A stretch of DNA of 64,000 bases from Dendrobates tinctorius (Eukaryota). Shown here piece after piece: positions 23,419-36,503 of this stretch. Each line of letters begins with the position of its first letter. Within the stretch, counting starts at the first letter, position 1. The notes under the pieces were generated by a model that made no database searches, was not told the DNA's origin, and saw nothing but the letters and a program-made list of their open reading frames with translations. The position numbers and the translations under genes were made by a program. The stretch is taken from NCBI RefSeq assembly GCF_039654945.1, contig NW_027361722.1, positions 4,402,001 through 4,466,000 on the forward strand, read 5' to 3'.

Positions 23419-26400
23419 CACAGCCGGTCCCCCCCCCTCACACCTGTATAATAATAATAATCACAGCCGGTCACCCCCTCACACCTGTATAATAATAATT
23501 TTCTCAGCCGGTCCCCCCCCCTGTATAATAACAATCACAGCCGGTCTCCCCCCTCACACCTGTATAATAATAATAATCACAGCCGGTCCCCCCCCCCCCC
23601 CACACCTGTATAATAATAACAACAATCACAGCCGGTCCCCCCCCCCTCACACCTGTATAATAATAACAATCACAGCCGGTCCCCCCTCACACCTGTATAA
23701 TAATAACAATCACAGCCGGTCCGTCCCCCCTCACACCTGTATAATAATAACAATCACAGCCGGCCCCCCCCCCCTCACACCTGTATAATAACAATCACAG
23801 CCGGTCCCCCCCCTCACACCTGTATAATAACAATCACAGCCGGTCCCCCCCCTCACACCTGTATAATAACAATCACAGCCGGTCTCCCCCCTCACACCTG
23901 TATAATAATAATAACAATCACAGCCGGTCCCCCCCCCCACACCTGTATAATAACAATCACAGCCGGCCCCCCCCCTCACACCTGTATAATAACAATCACA
24001 GCCGGTCTCCCCCTTCACACCTGTATACTAATAATAATAATCACAGCCGGTCCCCCCCCCTCACACCTGTATAATAACAATCACAGCCGGTCTCCCCCTT
24101 CACACCTGTATACTAATAATAATAATCACAGCCGGTCCCCCCCCCTCACACCTGTATAATAACAATCACAGCCGGTCCCCCCCTCACACCTGCATAATAA
24201 TAATCACAGCCGGTCCCCCCCCCCTCACACCTGTATAATAACAACAATCACAGCCGGTCCCCCCTCACACCTGTATAATAATAACAATCACAGCCGGCCC
24301 ATCCCCCCTCACACCTGTATAATAATAACAATCACAGCCGGTCCCCCCCCCTCACACCTGTATAATAACAATCACAGCCGGTCCCCCCCCCCTCACACCT
24401 GTATAATAACAATCACAGCCGGTCCCCCCCCCCCCCCTCACACCTGTATAATAACAATCACAGCCGGTCCCCCCCCCCCTCACACCTGTATAATAACAAT
24501 CACAGCCGGTCTCCCCCCTCACACCTGTATAATAATAACAATCACAGCCGGTCCCCCCCCCCCCCCACACCTGTATAATAATAATCACAGCCGGTCCCCC
24601 CCCCCCCTCACACCAGTATAATAATAACAATCACAGCCGGTCTCCCCCCTCACACCTGTATAATAATAATAATCACAGCCAGTCCCCCCCCCCCACCTGT
24701 ATAATAATAACAATCACAGCCGGTCCCCCCCCCCCCCACACCTGTATAATAACAACAATCACAGCCGGTCCCCCCCCGTCACACCTGTATAATAATAACA
24801 ATCACAGCCGGTCCCCCCCCCTCACACCTGTATAATAATAATCACAGCCGGTCCCCCCCCTCACACCTGTATAATAATAACAACAATCACAGCCGGTCCC
24901 CCCCCCCTCACACCTGTATAATAATAACAATCACAGCCGGTCCCCCCCCCCTCACACCTGTATAATAATAACAATCACAGCCGGTCCCCCCTCACACCTG
25001 TATAATAATAATAACAATCACAGCCGGTCCCCCCCCTCACACCTGTATAATAATAATAATAATCACAGCCGGTCTCCCCCCTCACACCTGTATAATAATA
25101 ATAACCACAGCCGGTCCCCCCCCTCACACCTGTATAATAATAATCACAGCCGGTCTCCCCCCTCACACCTGTATAATAATAACAATCACAGCCGGTCTCC
25201 CCCCTCACACCTGTATAATAATAACAATCACAGCCGGTCCCCCCCCCCTCACACCTGTATAATAATAACAATCACAGCCGGTCCCCCCCCCTCACACCTG
25301 TATAATAATAACAATCACAGCCGGTCCCCCCCCCCCTCACACCTGTATAATAATAATAATCACAGCCGGTCCCCCCCCCCTCACACCTGTATAATAATAA
25401 CAATCACAGCCGGTCCCCCCCCCTCACACCTGTATAATAATAATAATCACAGCCGGTCCCCCCCCCTCACACCTGTATAATAATAACAATCACAGCCGGT
25501 CCCCCCCCCCCTCACACCTGTATAATAATAACAATCACAGCCGGTCCCCCCCCCCCCTCACACCTGTATAATAATAACAATCACAGACGGTCCCCCCCCC
25601 CTCACACCTGTATAATAATAATAATCACAGCCGGTCCCCCCCCCCCTCACACCTGTATAATAATAACAATCACAGCCGGTCCCCCCCCCCTCACACCTGT
25701 ATAATAATAACAATCACAGCCGGTCCCCCCCCCTCACACCTGTATAATAATAACAATCACAGCCGGTCCCCCCCCCCCACACCTGTATAATAATAACAAT
25801 CACAGCCGGTCCCCCCCCCCCCTCACACCTGTATAATAATAATAATCACAGCCGGTCCCCCCCCCCTCACACCTGTATAATAATAACAATCACAGCCGGT
25901 CCCCCCCCCTCACACCTGTATAATAATAACAATCACAGCCGGTCCCCCCCCCCCTCACACCTGTATAATAATAATAATCACAGCCGGTCCCCCCCCCTCA
26001 CACCTGTATAATAATAACAATCACAGCCGGTCCCCCCCCCTCACACCTGTATAATAATAACAATCACAGCCGGTCCCCCCCCCCCTCACACCTGTATAAT
26101 AATAATAATCACAGCCGGTCCCCCCCCTCACACCTGTATAATAATAATCACAGCCGGTCCCCCCCCCCTCACACCTGTATAATAATAACAATCACAGCCG
26201 GTCCCCCCCCCTCACACCTGTATAATAATAACAATCACAGCCGGTCCCCCCCCCCCTCACACCTGTATAATAATAACAATCACAGCCGGTCCCCCCCCCC
26301 CTCACACCTGTATAATAATAACAATCACAGCCGGTCCCCCCCCCTCACACCTGTATAATAATAACAATCACAGCCGGTCTCCCCCCCTCACACCTGTATA

Positions 26401-27225
26401 ATAATAATAATCACAGCCGGTCCCCCCCCCTCACACCTGTATAATAATAATAATCACAGCCGGTCCCCCCCCTCACACCTGTATAATAATAATAATCACA
26501 GCCGGTCCCCCCCCCTCACACCTGTATAATAATAATAATCACAGCCGGTCCCCCCCCTCACACCTGTATAATAATAACAATCACAGCCGGTCTCCCCCCC
26601 TCACACCTGTATAATAATAATAATCACAGCCGGTCCCCCCCCTCACACCTGTATAATAATAATAATCACAGCCGGTCCCCCCCCCTCACACCTGTATAAT
26701 AATAATAATCACAGCCGGTCCCCCCCCCCCTCACACCTGTATAATAATAATAATCACAGCCGGTCCCCCCCCCCTCACACCTGTATAATAATAATAATCA
26801 CAGCCGGTCCCCCCCCCCTCACACCTGTATAATAATAATAATCACAGCCGGTCCCCCCCCCCTCACACCTGTATAATAATAATAATCACAGCCGGTCCCC
26901 CCCCCCCTCACACCTGTATAATAATAATAATCACAGCCGGTCCCCCCCCCTCACACCGGTATAATAATAATCACAGCCGGTCCCCCCCCCCCCTCACACC
27001 TGTATAATAATAACAATCACAGCCGGTCCCCCCCCCCCTCACACCTGTATAATAATAATAATCACAGCCGGTCCCCCCCCTCACACCGGTATAATAATAA
27101 TAATCACAGCCGGTCCCCCCCCTCACACCGGTATAATAATAACAATCACAGCCGGTCCCCCCCCCCTCACACCGGTATAATAATAACAATCACAGCCGGT
27201 CCCCCCCCTCCCTGTATAATAGTGA
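19770..27225. repeat. ~7.4-kb compound minisatellite (~42-bp unit with variable C-run and (AAT)n), roughly 170 units
   Basis: Unit CCTGTAT(AAT)nAACAATCACAGCCGGT(C)nTCACA; unit count estimated from length. Confidence 0.97.
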
Positions 27226-27240
27226 TAACAACAGTCTCAC

Positions 27241-27745
27241 CCGGTCCCTTTCACTTCGCACCTTCCGGTCTCCTCAGGGTTTTGAGTCCGTCTGACAAAT
27301 GACTGTTTCATCTCACTCAGACCCCCACGCAGAGCACCGTCCGTAACATCCGTCCCCCGCTCTGTGGGCCGCGCGCGCTCACCTCGGCTCCCGCCGCACG
27401 TCTCTTCCCCCCGGGCCGGTCCCCGGTGGGGTCTCCAGACCCCGAAACAACCCCCGCCGGCCAACCAAACCCGCACTCTAACAGCCAGAGCCCTACTGTA
27501 CTCGCAGCCAATCACAGCTCAGCAGGCGCATCCAATAGCCAATAGCCACGCAGTTTCCATGATTGACAATGCTTTTGTCAAATAAGCGTGGACCGTGAAG
27601 TCATGAGGCGGGAACACAAGGACAACGCGGAGAGGATTGGTTCACAGGCTGAAAAATCTAGGAAGTGTTTTGAGGGGCTTCTTTTTGATTGATATGATAA
27701 GCGACCAATAAGAAACACGAGGCGGAGCTACACTTAAAGGGCACT
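27241..27745 (-). promoter_or_regulatory. USF3: USF3 CpG-rich promoter / first exon
   Basis: CpG-dense unique DNA; CCAAT boxes at ~27508, 27531, 27539, 27636 (reverse) and 27705; GGCGG boxes; candidate donors CGAG|gtgagc (27382) and CCGG|gtgaga (27240). Confidence 0.7.
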
Positions 27746-28280
27746 CACACTTTTAAAAGTTTTGGCAACACATGGTGGAGAGAGCATCTGCTGAGGGAGG
27801 ACTCCCAGCGGGGAGCAATGCTGGGGGCAGTAAGCCGCCCTGGGCTGGAGAGTGCTTCCCGCTGCTTCTGACTCCGTGCGCAGGATTTGTCTTTATCGTG
27901 AAATAACACTTCGTCAGTTTTATTTATACTCTGTAAAGGTCAGTAGTTTTGTCTGCTTTTTCTGACCTTGTGACTTTTATTTTTAATATAATGTTGAGAT
28001 GGAGCAATGCGTTGGAATTTTTTTTTTTGTAATGTTAAATAGAAGCCATAACCCCAAAAGACAGCGGTAGGATACGCTCTGGCGCTCGCCGGCATGCTCA
28101 CACATCAAATACAACATTATACAGCTGTACTGAGCAGTGTAGCAGTGACTACAGCACTGAGGGGAGAAACACTATAAACCAGTAAGGTGGAGATTAAACA
28201 GCAGTACTGAGCAGCGTAACTGTGAATCCAACAACAAGGTGAAACGAGAACGCAGCATGACTGACATACAGCAGGACTAA

Positions 28281-28669
28281 GGCTAGTTTCACTTTAGCGT
28301 TTACGGCCGCCGCTAAGCCCCACCTACGGGCGCATGACACTGCATGCGTCCTGCATCCCCTATCTTTATCACTGGGGACGCCGGCGGCACACAGTATGCG
28401 TTTGACGGCACATGCGTCCTTCTGACGGTGCGCCGACCATCCCCAAACGCAACCTGTTGCAATTTGGTTGCGCTCGGCGCACCGTCAAAAGAACGCATGC
28501 GCCGCCAAACGCATGCCTGCGTCCCCAGTGATAGATAGGGGACGCAGGACGCATGCAGCGTCATGGGCCTGTAGGCGGAGCTACAGTGGAGGCGCAGCAG
28601 GGGGCGGGGCTTAGCAGCAGCCGTGCGCACCCCGACGCCGCGGCCGTAAACACTAATGTGAAACTAGCC
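28281..28669. mobile_element. Palindromic Harbinger-type MITE
   Basis: TIR GGCTAGTTTCAC...GTGAAACTAGCC, TAA duplication, extensive internal self-complementarity. Confidence 0.9.
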
Positions 28670-28834
28670 TAAGTAGTGTTAATGCGACTCCAGCTATGGG
28701 ATGAGATTAACACTTACTAGAAAGCTGCAGCATTGAAGGACATTACTTAGCAGTATTTAGCATTGTAGCTGTGAATCCTGCACTAAGGAAAAACGCTAGA
28801 AAGCAGAATGAAGAGTTTTATCGTTTCTCTTTAA

Positions 28835-29374
28835 CCCTTTTACAACCTACAGGTACATCATAGGCCGCCTACCCTTCTTTCATGTGGGCTTCGGCGCTGA
28901 ACCCACGTTATCAGCTGAGGTACCCCTTACAGCCATGGGTGGAATCACAATCCACCTGCAGCTGTTGACACGCCGATGTGAATCTCTGACTGCGGCATTT
29001 AACATGCACGCGCTGGAAGCGCACCAAAACCCCCGACTATTGGCTCCGGCATCACATGATCGCAGGTTGCTGATGGGTTAGCATGACAACCGGGGGTCTG
29101 CATTAGACCCCTGTACCTGCCACTGCAGATCTCCCATTAACATCTGGCCACAGCAGGTATTTCTGCGACAGACATAATGGAAGCCACCGCCCGGTGTAGT
29201 ATGAGATGAGAATAGAAATGTCCGGCTCCGGGAGGGAGTGAAAACCAACGCAAAAAATCAGATTTGCAGCAGCATCCAAATGGTCGACCAGCAGCAATCA
29301 GAGCCGAGCTCAGATTTACAGCCCCTCGACTCAGAACCGTGCAGAGGACATGTACAGCAGGTGTCAGGAAGGGG
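28835..29374. mobile_element. Internally deleted TTAA-flanked (piggyBac-like) non-autonomous element
   Basis: TTAA|CCCTTT... and ...GAAGGGG|TTAA ends; a similar right end (CAGGAAGGGGTTAA) occurs at ~31704-31717. Confidence 0.4.
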
Positions 29375-29760
29375 TTAATACCCGCGGCACCGGTTCGGTG
29401 TCACCGTCAGATCCGCAGCGCTCCTGTATTCTTTCGATATGAAGTGTTTCCCATTTGTAGATCACTGCTTGCTGTAAGTGAACAGAAACCTGCTATGTGT
29501 CCCGTGATGGCTGACAGCGCTCTCACAGCTGAGGTTTTGTTACAATTCTATCATCTAATCTACACCTGGACTGAGACGATTCATTGCAGCAAACGCTCAG
29601 ACGTGATGAAGCAAACACTATTATCTTACCTAAGGGGATACATTGTAACAAATCCTCAGCGTGAAAAGCAAAAGCATATGTATATTGGGGCGTTTCTGCG
29701 TGATCCAAGCCTCGGGGCAGGACGACCTTTCCGCGTCTGAATGTAACGTGGAATCGTTCA

Positions 29761-30059
29761 GGCTATGTACCCACGTATACAGAAAAAAACAGACTCCTTC
29801 CCAGGAAAAAGGCGCGTGTATGTGTTTTTTTGCGCTTCTTGTGTTTTTTATGCGTTTTTTACAGGAACATCTACATGCTCATAGAATATAGTAAGAAATG
29901 CGTTTTCTGCGAATTAATGAATTTTTCCGCAATGCGTGGAAAAAACGCATCAATGTGCACAAAAATTGCAGAATTCATTAAAAATAATGGGATGCTTTTA
30001 AGCGTTTTTGCGGGAAAAACGCTTAAACGCTTAAAAACCGCTTACGTGGGTACACAGCC
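29761..30059. mobile_element. Harbinger-type MITE
   Basis: TIR GGCTATGTACCCACGTA / TACGTGGGTACACAGCC, TCA duplication. Confidence 0.8.
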
Positions 30060-33000
30060 TCACGGATGGCAGAGGTCCTGAAAATGGTGTGCTATGAATA
30101 AAGCACTGGGGTGACAAACACCATTAAACAGTAACATGCGAAACATTAAACATTATAATACAACACTGACGAGAAACAAGCAGCAATATGAGCTATACAA
30201 ACAGGACTAAATAGTGTAACTGTGAATCCAGCTATAGCATAAGAAACATTCAAAAGCAGCAGCATGTAAGGACATTATATAGCAGTATAGCTGTTAATTC
30301 TGCACCAAGGAGAGGCAACACAATAGAAAGCAGCCACATTAAAGGACATGTAGCAGTACTGAACAGTATCACTGAATCCAGCATCACTGTGAATCCAGCA
30401 CTAAGGAGGTAAACTAACTATAAAGCAGTACCATGTTGAACACGTTACAGCAGTGCTTAACAGTGTTGCTGTGAATAAAGCACTTCCGCAAAACAGCTAC
30501 AAGAAAGAGGCATGAAGGATACTATACAGCAGTGCTGAGAAATGTAGCTGTGAATCCAGCACTGACGCAAACAAAGAAAGCAGCAGCATGACAGACATAC
30601 GTTGCTCAGTACTGCAGCAGCTGTGAATCCAGTACAAATAGGAAACCACTTACTCAAAAACCACTTACTAGAAAGCAGCACCATGACAGATGTTATAGTA
30701 CAGTACTTAACAGTGTAGCTGTGAATCCTTCACTGGTGTGAAATAAAAACCATTTACTGGAAAGCAACAGCATCAAAAGGACATTATTCAGCAGTACTGA
30801 GCTGTGTAGCTGTGAATGAAGCACCAATAATAGGTAAAAGACTTACGGCACTAGAAAGTAGTAGCATGGAGGACATTATGCTGCAGTAGTGAACAGTCTG
30901 GCAAATTTAACTTCTCATTTTTGTACAGATCTACGAACCATGTTGGCACCAAACAGGAAATGTGTCAGTGAGCGCTATCAGAGGCAGGGACAGGGTTCAT
31001 GTAGTGGTAGTCACTGGTGGCAGTGACTGGATACTATAAGTAATGCTCAACAGGTAGCAGAACCCGCAGCTGTTATCCTGTTAAATGCTGCTGTCAATCT
31101 TGGACAGGAGCACTTACAGCACGCTGGCAGGGGGTGCACCCGTGACAGCCTGGGGTCTGCTGAAGACCCTCGTGCCAGTGATGACTGAAAAGCAGCCAAG
31201 GTCTGGCACTCATGAGATTGTGATTTTCGCTATGGTACTGCTATGTACAGCACAAGCGATCGAAGGATTGCAGGTTCAAGTCCCCTTAAGGGACTAACTA
31301 TAGACCGTAATAATGTTTTTAAAAATATGAAAAAAAATACAAAATTTAAGTTCAAATCACCCCTCTACTCCCCCATGAAAAAGATAAGAAAAAAAAAACA
31401 AAAAAAAACAACCATAACATTTGGTATCGCTGCACTTGTAAAAATCAAAATATAAAACAAATGAACCCAATTGGTAAACGACAACATGGAAAAAGAAAAA
31501 ATTTGCCAGATATATTACAGGTTTTCTGCCAGCGCAAAAAAAAAAAAAAAAAATCCAGCAAGAGGCGATCATATCATCGTATCTACCCCACAATTGCATC
31601 AGTAAATAAAAGTCCTCTTCCGGCCATGTAACATAACGAACTTTTGGACGGAGGAAATACAGAAAGGATAAACAAGAAGCGCAAAGATGGAAAACTGATC
31701 AATCAGGAAGGGGTTAATGGGGGTCCGTCAAGTTTCCATTGTGTTACAGGACTTGTCTGGTATTTTAGGTCAGCAATGGAGGCTCTAAAAAACAGAGCAG
31801 CACATAGGGGACAGCGGTAAGTCAGCGGAGGCAGAACACGTAACTGCAGGATCTGCCATAAATCTGCAGAGGAGCTGCATACAAAAAACAAGCAAATACT
31901 CCAAGTTAATTGTAAATGCACCAAAATAAAAAAAAAACCTCCGCACTTCTTCCACTAATTTAAAATGAGATATTTGTGCAGATGAGCCTCGTCCCCGTCA
32001 TAATTCTTTGTGTGACTGTACAACAACCGTCTGCAGCAGAAGCCTCTCCCCTTTGTAGTTTCCCTCCTTCAGACAGCAGCAACACCGGTACATTTTATGA
32101 TTAGTGCTACAGAGGCAAGTCCTGGCCTAATTGTGCCTATTGACCCTGTACCAACAGCGCCTGGGGTCCTAAAAGCTGCAGTGAGGAAATGCAGCCCGAT
32201 GCCAAGACATGCCTGTGTTACCGCCACCTGAATGGGGTGTATTGCAGAGGGGAGAGGCTCCTGCTGCAGCTGGAAAGAAGTCTACCTCTTGACTGATGGG
32301 AGCCGGAGATTACCACCTCCGCATGTGAATTATGGCTTTGGTCCCAGCTTGTCATTTGGCTTCTCTGGCCACCAACTAGTCAGATTGTTACACCTTGACC
32401 ATACGGCTCTGTACACTTTTTACTATACAGGAGACCAGTTCAGACTCCTCCTTATCCCCATGTGTCATCTTGTGATACAACTATAAAAGAAAATTCCAAA
32501 AAGAGTGCCACATAAATCCTCAGGTTCTGTGTGGTACTGCAGCTCCACCACATTCACGTCTATCTGGCCAAGCTGCAATACCAAACAAATCCTGCGGACA
32601 CGTGTGGCGCTGTTTCTACCGTTTTGAAGTCTGAAAGACTTGTGTGGGAGAATAAGAGTTAGCAGATGCCCAGCTTTCCCAAGAACAGACATATACCTTT
32701 ACTAGTGGGTTTTTCAGGACAAAATATAGGTTTGGTCAGACACCCGGCACCCCTCAGGGTCCACGGCCACCATATCAGCACACGGACCAAAAACTGCTCC
32801 ATTTATCATGCAGTGGCTGCTCAAGAGCAGCAGGCGAGCTCCTATTGAAATGAATGGGAGCCAAGCTGTAGTGCACAAGAGCTTCGGATGAGGGGTGGGG
32901 TACCAGACCCCCATTCGTATTTTTGATAACCCATCCTTAGAATAGATCAATATTTCGATCTCCATTAATATTAGTAAAAATGCAAACACAAAAATGGCAA

Positions 33001-33286
33001 TAATTTTTTTTTTTTTAAAACCCAGAATTTATGAGACCTGTTTGTGCAGGACGATCAAATATTTTTGCACTACCGGAATATTCACTTACTTGTACGGACA
33101 GAGAACCATCAGCAAAGGCACAAAGAGTTAAAACCAAATAGGATATCGCTGATCTGTGAAAACTCTGCATATAAATGTTATATTATAAGACGCCTGATTA
33201 AAGGGAATTGTCTGCAATGAAATGGTCATGAAAAAAAAAAAAAAATGCAATGAGGTTAGAAAGAGAATGCTAAAAAGAAATTAGAT

Positions 33287-33292
33287 TTTATT
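33287..33292 (-). terminator. NAA50: Candidate NAA50 polyadenylation signal
   Basis: TTTATT on + strand ~380 nt past the stop codon. Confidence 0.45.
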
Positions 33293-33673
33293 TAAAGACT
33301 ATTATTTCAGACTGACAGAAGCCGCCCCCAACTCTTCCAAACCAAAAACAGGGAAAAAGTAAAAAAAAAACAAAAAAAAAAAACCCAAAGCAAAAAAGGG
33401 AGAACCCGTCATCGCTCCCTCGCCCGGACCATCTCCACACACGGGAAACACTTCAGAGTTCAACCAGACAATATACAGACGAGATTGTACAGCTCTTTTT
33501 CGAGAAGAATTCAACACTTTCTTTTAATTTTTTTTTTCCAAGTGGAGAAGGAAGAAGAGATATTAGAGGTGTGCGCTCAGTAAAACAACGGGTCTCTTAT
33601 CCGTTTTTGGCGACAAGCAAGTGCAAGAAAAAAAAAAAAAAAAAAAAGTTCGTCCAGGTCTCGGTCCTTTCAT

Positions 33674-33854
33674 TCATTTTTCGCTCTTTTGCACTTCTGC
33701 GTTTGGCGCGGGAGAAGAGATCTTCAGGTTTTTCTGCAGCACGTGAGCGTCGGCCGGCTCTATCCTCTTGTAATAATTTTTCTTTGTTTCGATGATCTCA
33801 AAGCCAAATTTTCTGTAAAAATCTATGGCGGATTCATTGCTGATCTGGACATGC
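33674..33854 (-). CDS. NAA50: NAA50 exon 5 (181 nt incl. stop)
   Basis: HVQISNESAIDFYRKFGFEIIETKKNYYKRIEPADAHVLQKNLKISSPAPNAEVQKSEK*; acceptor ctgcag. Confidence 0.96.
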
Positions 33855-33973
33855 CTGCAGTGAAAAGACGAGCGAGTTACTGCAAGGTAGGGGACAGGAA
33901 CAGCAAAAGTCTGTCGCTAGGTGTATAGTCATCTAATATCACAGTACTGACTCCAAGCACATCCTGCATTACA

Positions 33974-35480
33974 CTCCAGAGCCGCACTCACTATTCTGCT
34001 GGTGCAGTCACTGTGTACATACATTACTGATGCTGAGTTACATCCTGTATTTATACTCCAGAGCTGCACTCACTATTCTGCTGGTGCAGTCACTGTGTAC
34101 ATACATTACTGACCCTGAGTTACATCCTGTATTATACTCCAGAGCTGCACTCACTATTCTGCTGGTGCAGTCAGTGTACATACATTACATTACTGATCCT
34201 GAGTTACATCCTGTATTATACTCCAGAACTGCACTCACTATTCTGCTGGTGCAGTCACTGTGTACATACATTACTGACCCTGAGTTACATCCTGTATTAT
34301 ACTCCAGAGCTGCACTCACTATTCTGCTGGTGCAGTCACTGTGTACATACATTACTGATCCTGAGTTACATCCTGTATTATACTCCAGAGCTGCACTCAC
34401 TATTCTGCTGGTGCAGTCAGTGTACATACATTACTGATCCTGAGTTACATCCTGTATTATACTCCAGAACTGCACTCACTATTCTGCTGGTGCAGTCACT
34501 GTGTACATACATTACTGACCCTGAGTTACATCCTGTATTATACTCCAGAGCTGCACTCACTATTCTGCTGGTGCAGTCACTGTGTACATACATTACATTA
34601 CTGATCCTGAGTTACATCCTGTATTTATACTCCAGAGCTGCACTCACTATTCTGCTGGTGCAGTCACTGTGTACATACATTACTGACCCTGAGTTACATC
34701 CTGTATTATACTCCAGAGCTGCACTCACTATTCTGCTGGTGCAGTCACTGTGTACATACATTACATTACTGATCCTGAGTTACATCCTGTATTATACCCC
34801 AGAGCTGCACTCACTATTCTGCTGGTGCAGTCAGTGTACATACATTACATTACTGACCCTGAGTTACATCCTGTATTATACTCCAGAGCTGCACTCACTA
34901 TTCTGCTGGTGCAGTCACTGTGTACATACATTACTGATCCTGAGTTACATCCTGTATTTATACTCCAGAGCTGCACTCACTATTCTGCTGGTGCAGTCAC
35001 TGTGTACATACATTACTGACCCTGAGTTACATCCTGTATTATACTCCAGAGCTGCACTCACTATTCTGCTGGTGCAGTCACTGTGTACATACATTACTGA
35101 TCCTGAGTTACATCCTGTATTTATACTCCAGAGCTGCACTCACTATTCTGCTGGTGCAGTCACTGTGTACATACATTACTGATCCTGAGTTACATCCTGT
35201 ATTTATACTCCAGAGCTGCACTCACTATTCTGCTGGTGCAGTCACTGTGTACATACATTACTGACCCTGAGTTACATCCTGTATTATACTCCTGAGCTGC
35301 ACTCACTATTCTGCTGGTGCAGTCACTGTGTACATACATTACTGATCCTGAATTACATCCTGTATTATACTCCAGAGCTGCACTCACTATTCTGCTGGTG
35401 CAGTCACTGTGTACATACATTACTGATCCCGAGTTACATCCTGTATTATACTCCAGAGCTGCACTCACTATTCTGCTGGT
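33974..35480 (+). repeat. ~18 tandem copies of an ~81-bp repeat filling NAA50 intron 4
   Basis: Unit CTCCAGAGCTGCACTCACTATTCTGCTGGTGCAGTCACTGTGTACATACATTACTGATCCTGAGTTACATCCTGTATTATA. Confidence 0.97.
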
Positions 35481-35744
35481 GGAGTGCACTCTCATGCACT
35501 GATCAGGCGAGCAGCGGTCAGTCTCCTGTGTGAATGGTGCTGTAGAGAACATACATGACCTTCACACCATTTACTGCCTATTGGAGGACTTGTAGTTGCA
35601 CATGTGCACTACTACTTTATTCAAACAGCCACGAATCGTGAGGGTCTCAGTGGTTGGATCCCCAGGGATCACACACTAATCACAGATCCTGTAGATGTTT
35701 ATGGGACACCTCAATCTGCTGACAGAGTAAAGTGAGGCACGTAC

Positions 35745-35811
35745 AGATAGATGTTGTCGAAGGTGCCGTCCTTTTCACAGATGTTTAATACGTGGTTCAG
35801 CATCTTTGTTC
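35745..35811 (-). CDS. NAA50: NAA50 exon 4 (67 nt)
   Basis: (G)TKMLNHVLNICEKDGTFDNIY(L); tttcag / gtacgt. Confidence 0.95.
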
Positions 35812-36166
35812 CTGAAAAATAAATAATAATAAATGTATTACTGGAGCAAACAGGTTCAGTTCCAGCAACCAAACATGGAAAATGTAGTGTCCATCAGACC
35901 TGGCTTCAGCCATCTGGGCGGTGCGAGGGCTGACGCCGTGTGTCCCGGGAACGTGCAGCGAGGAAACGGGCACACACCACAAGATTGGTTTGCACTTCAT
36001 TAATAATGGTGTACTCATAACTAGGGTGAGTGTTGGTGTCTGTAGTGAAAACTGCCCCCCCCCCCCCACCAAGTGACATTAGTCATTGTCACAGCTGATT
36101 TACAAGAGCTGAAGGCGGCAGCCATGATTGCCAGAAACCAACTTATTGGGAAGGAGTCATACATAC

Positions 36167-36286
36167 CGATTCCTAGCCTGCGGTACGGTGCCAGGCAGCC
36201 GAGGGTCATGATATAAAGTCTCTTCTGATTCTGGGAGTGGTCGACTCTACAACATACGGCTCCAACCGCAATGTCATTGAAGTAGG
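36167..36286 (-). CDS. NAA50: NAA50 exon 3 (120 nt; acetyl-CoA binding motif)
   Basis: AYFNDIAVGAVCCRVDHSQNQKRLYIMTLGCLAPYRRLGIG; ctgcag / gtatgt. Confidence 0.97.
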
Positions 36287-36503
36287 CTGCAGCAAGAAAA
36301 GACAAAAACCTCAGCATCTGCGGCAGCCCCATGGAACCACGACTGCAGCGACACTGGAGCAGAGAATTCAAGCGTGCACATTCATTCAATGGTAGTCCAT
36401 GGAGGATAAGAACCCACAGCCTAGAGACGACTGGGGGTCTCACCTAGGCATCGCCATATCCATCCTATAAACCATGACTGGAGAGGCACTGTGCACGCAT
36501 TAA

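Larger units (their letters stand above)
28120..30890. repeat. Degenerate tandem repeat (GCAGTACTGAGCAGTGTAGCTGTGAATCCAGCA core) broken by MITEs
   Basis: CTGTGAATCC motif recurs at ~28220, 28770, 30220, 30388, 30548, 30621 and 30719. Confidence 0.6.

Noticed and set aside
19634-27189. Gly/Tyr/Cys-rich ORFs resembling keratin-associated proteins (YYTGVRGGTGCDC)n
   Set aside because: Translations of the minisatellite; frames are constantly broken by variable C-runs and starts are mostly non-ATG.
33974-35480. Hammerhead-ribozyme satellite like newt satellite 2
   Set aside because: I could not find the CTGANGA...GAAA core with flanking stems on either strand of the 81-bp unit; a covariance-model search would settle it.
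34030-35552. Repetitive hydrophobic ORFs (LTILLVQSLCTYITDPELHPVLYSRAA)n
   Set aside because: An 81-bp unit is a multiple of 3, so open frames arise by chance; the array is intronic.
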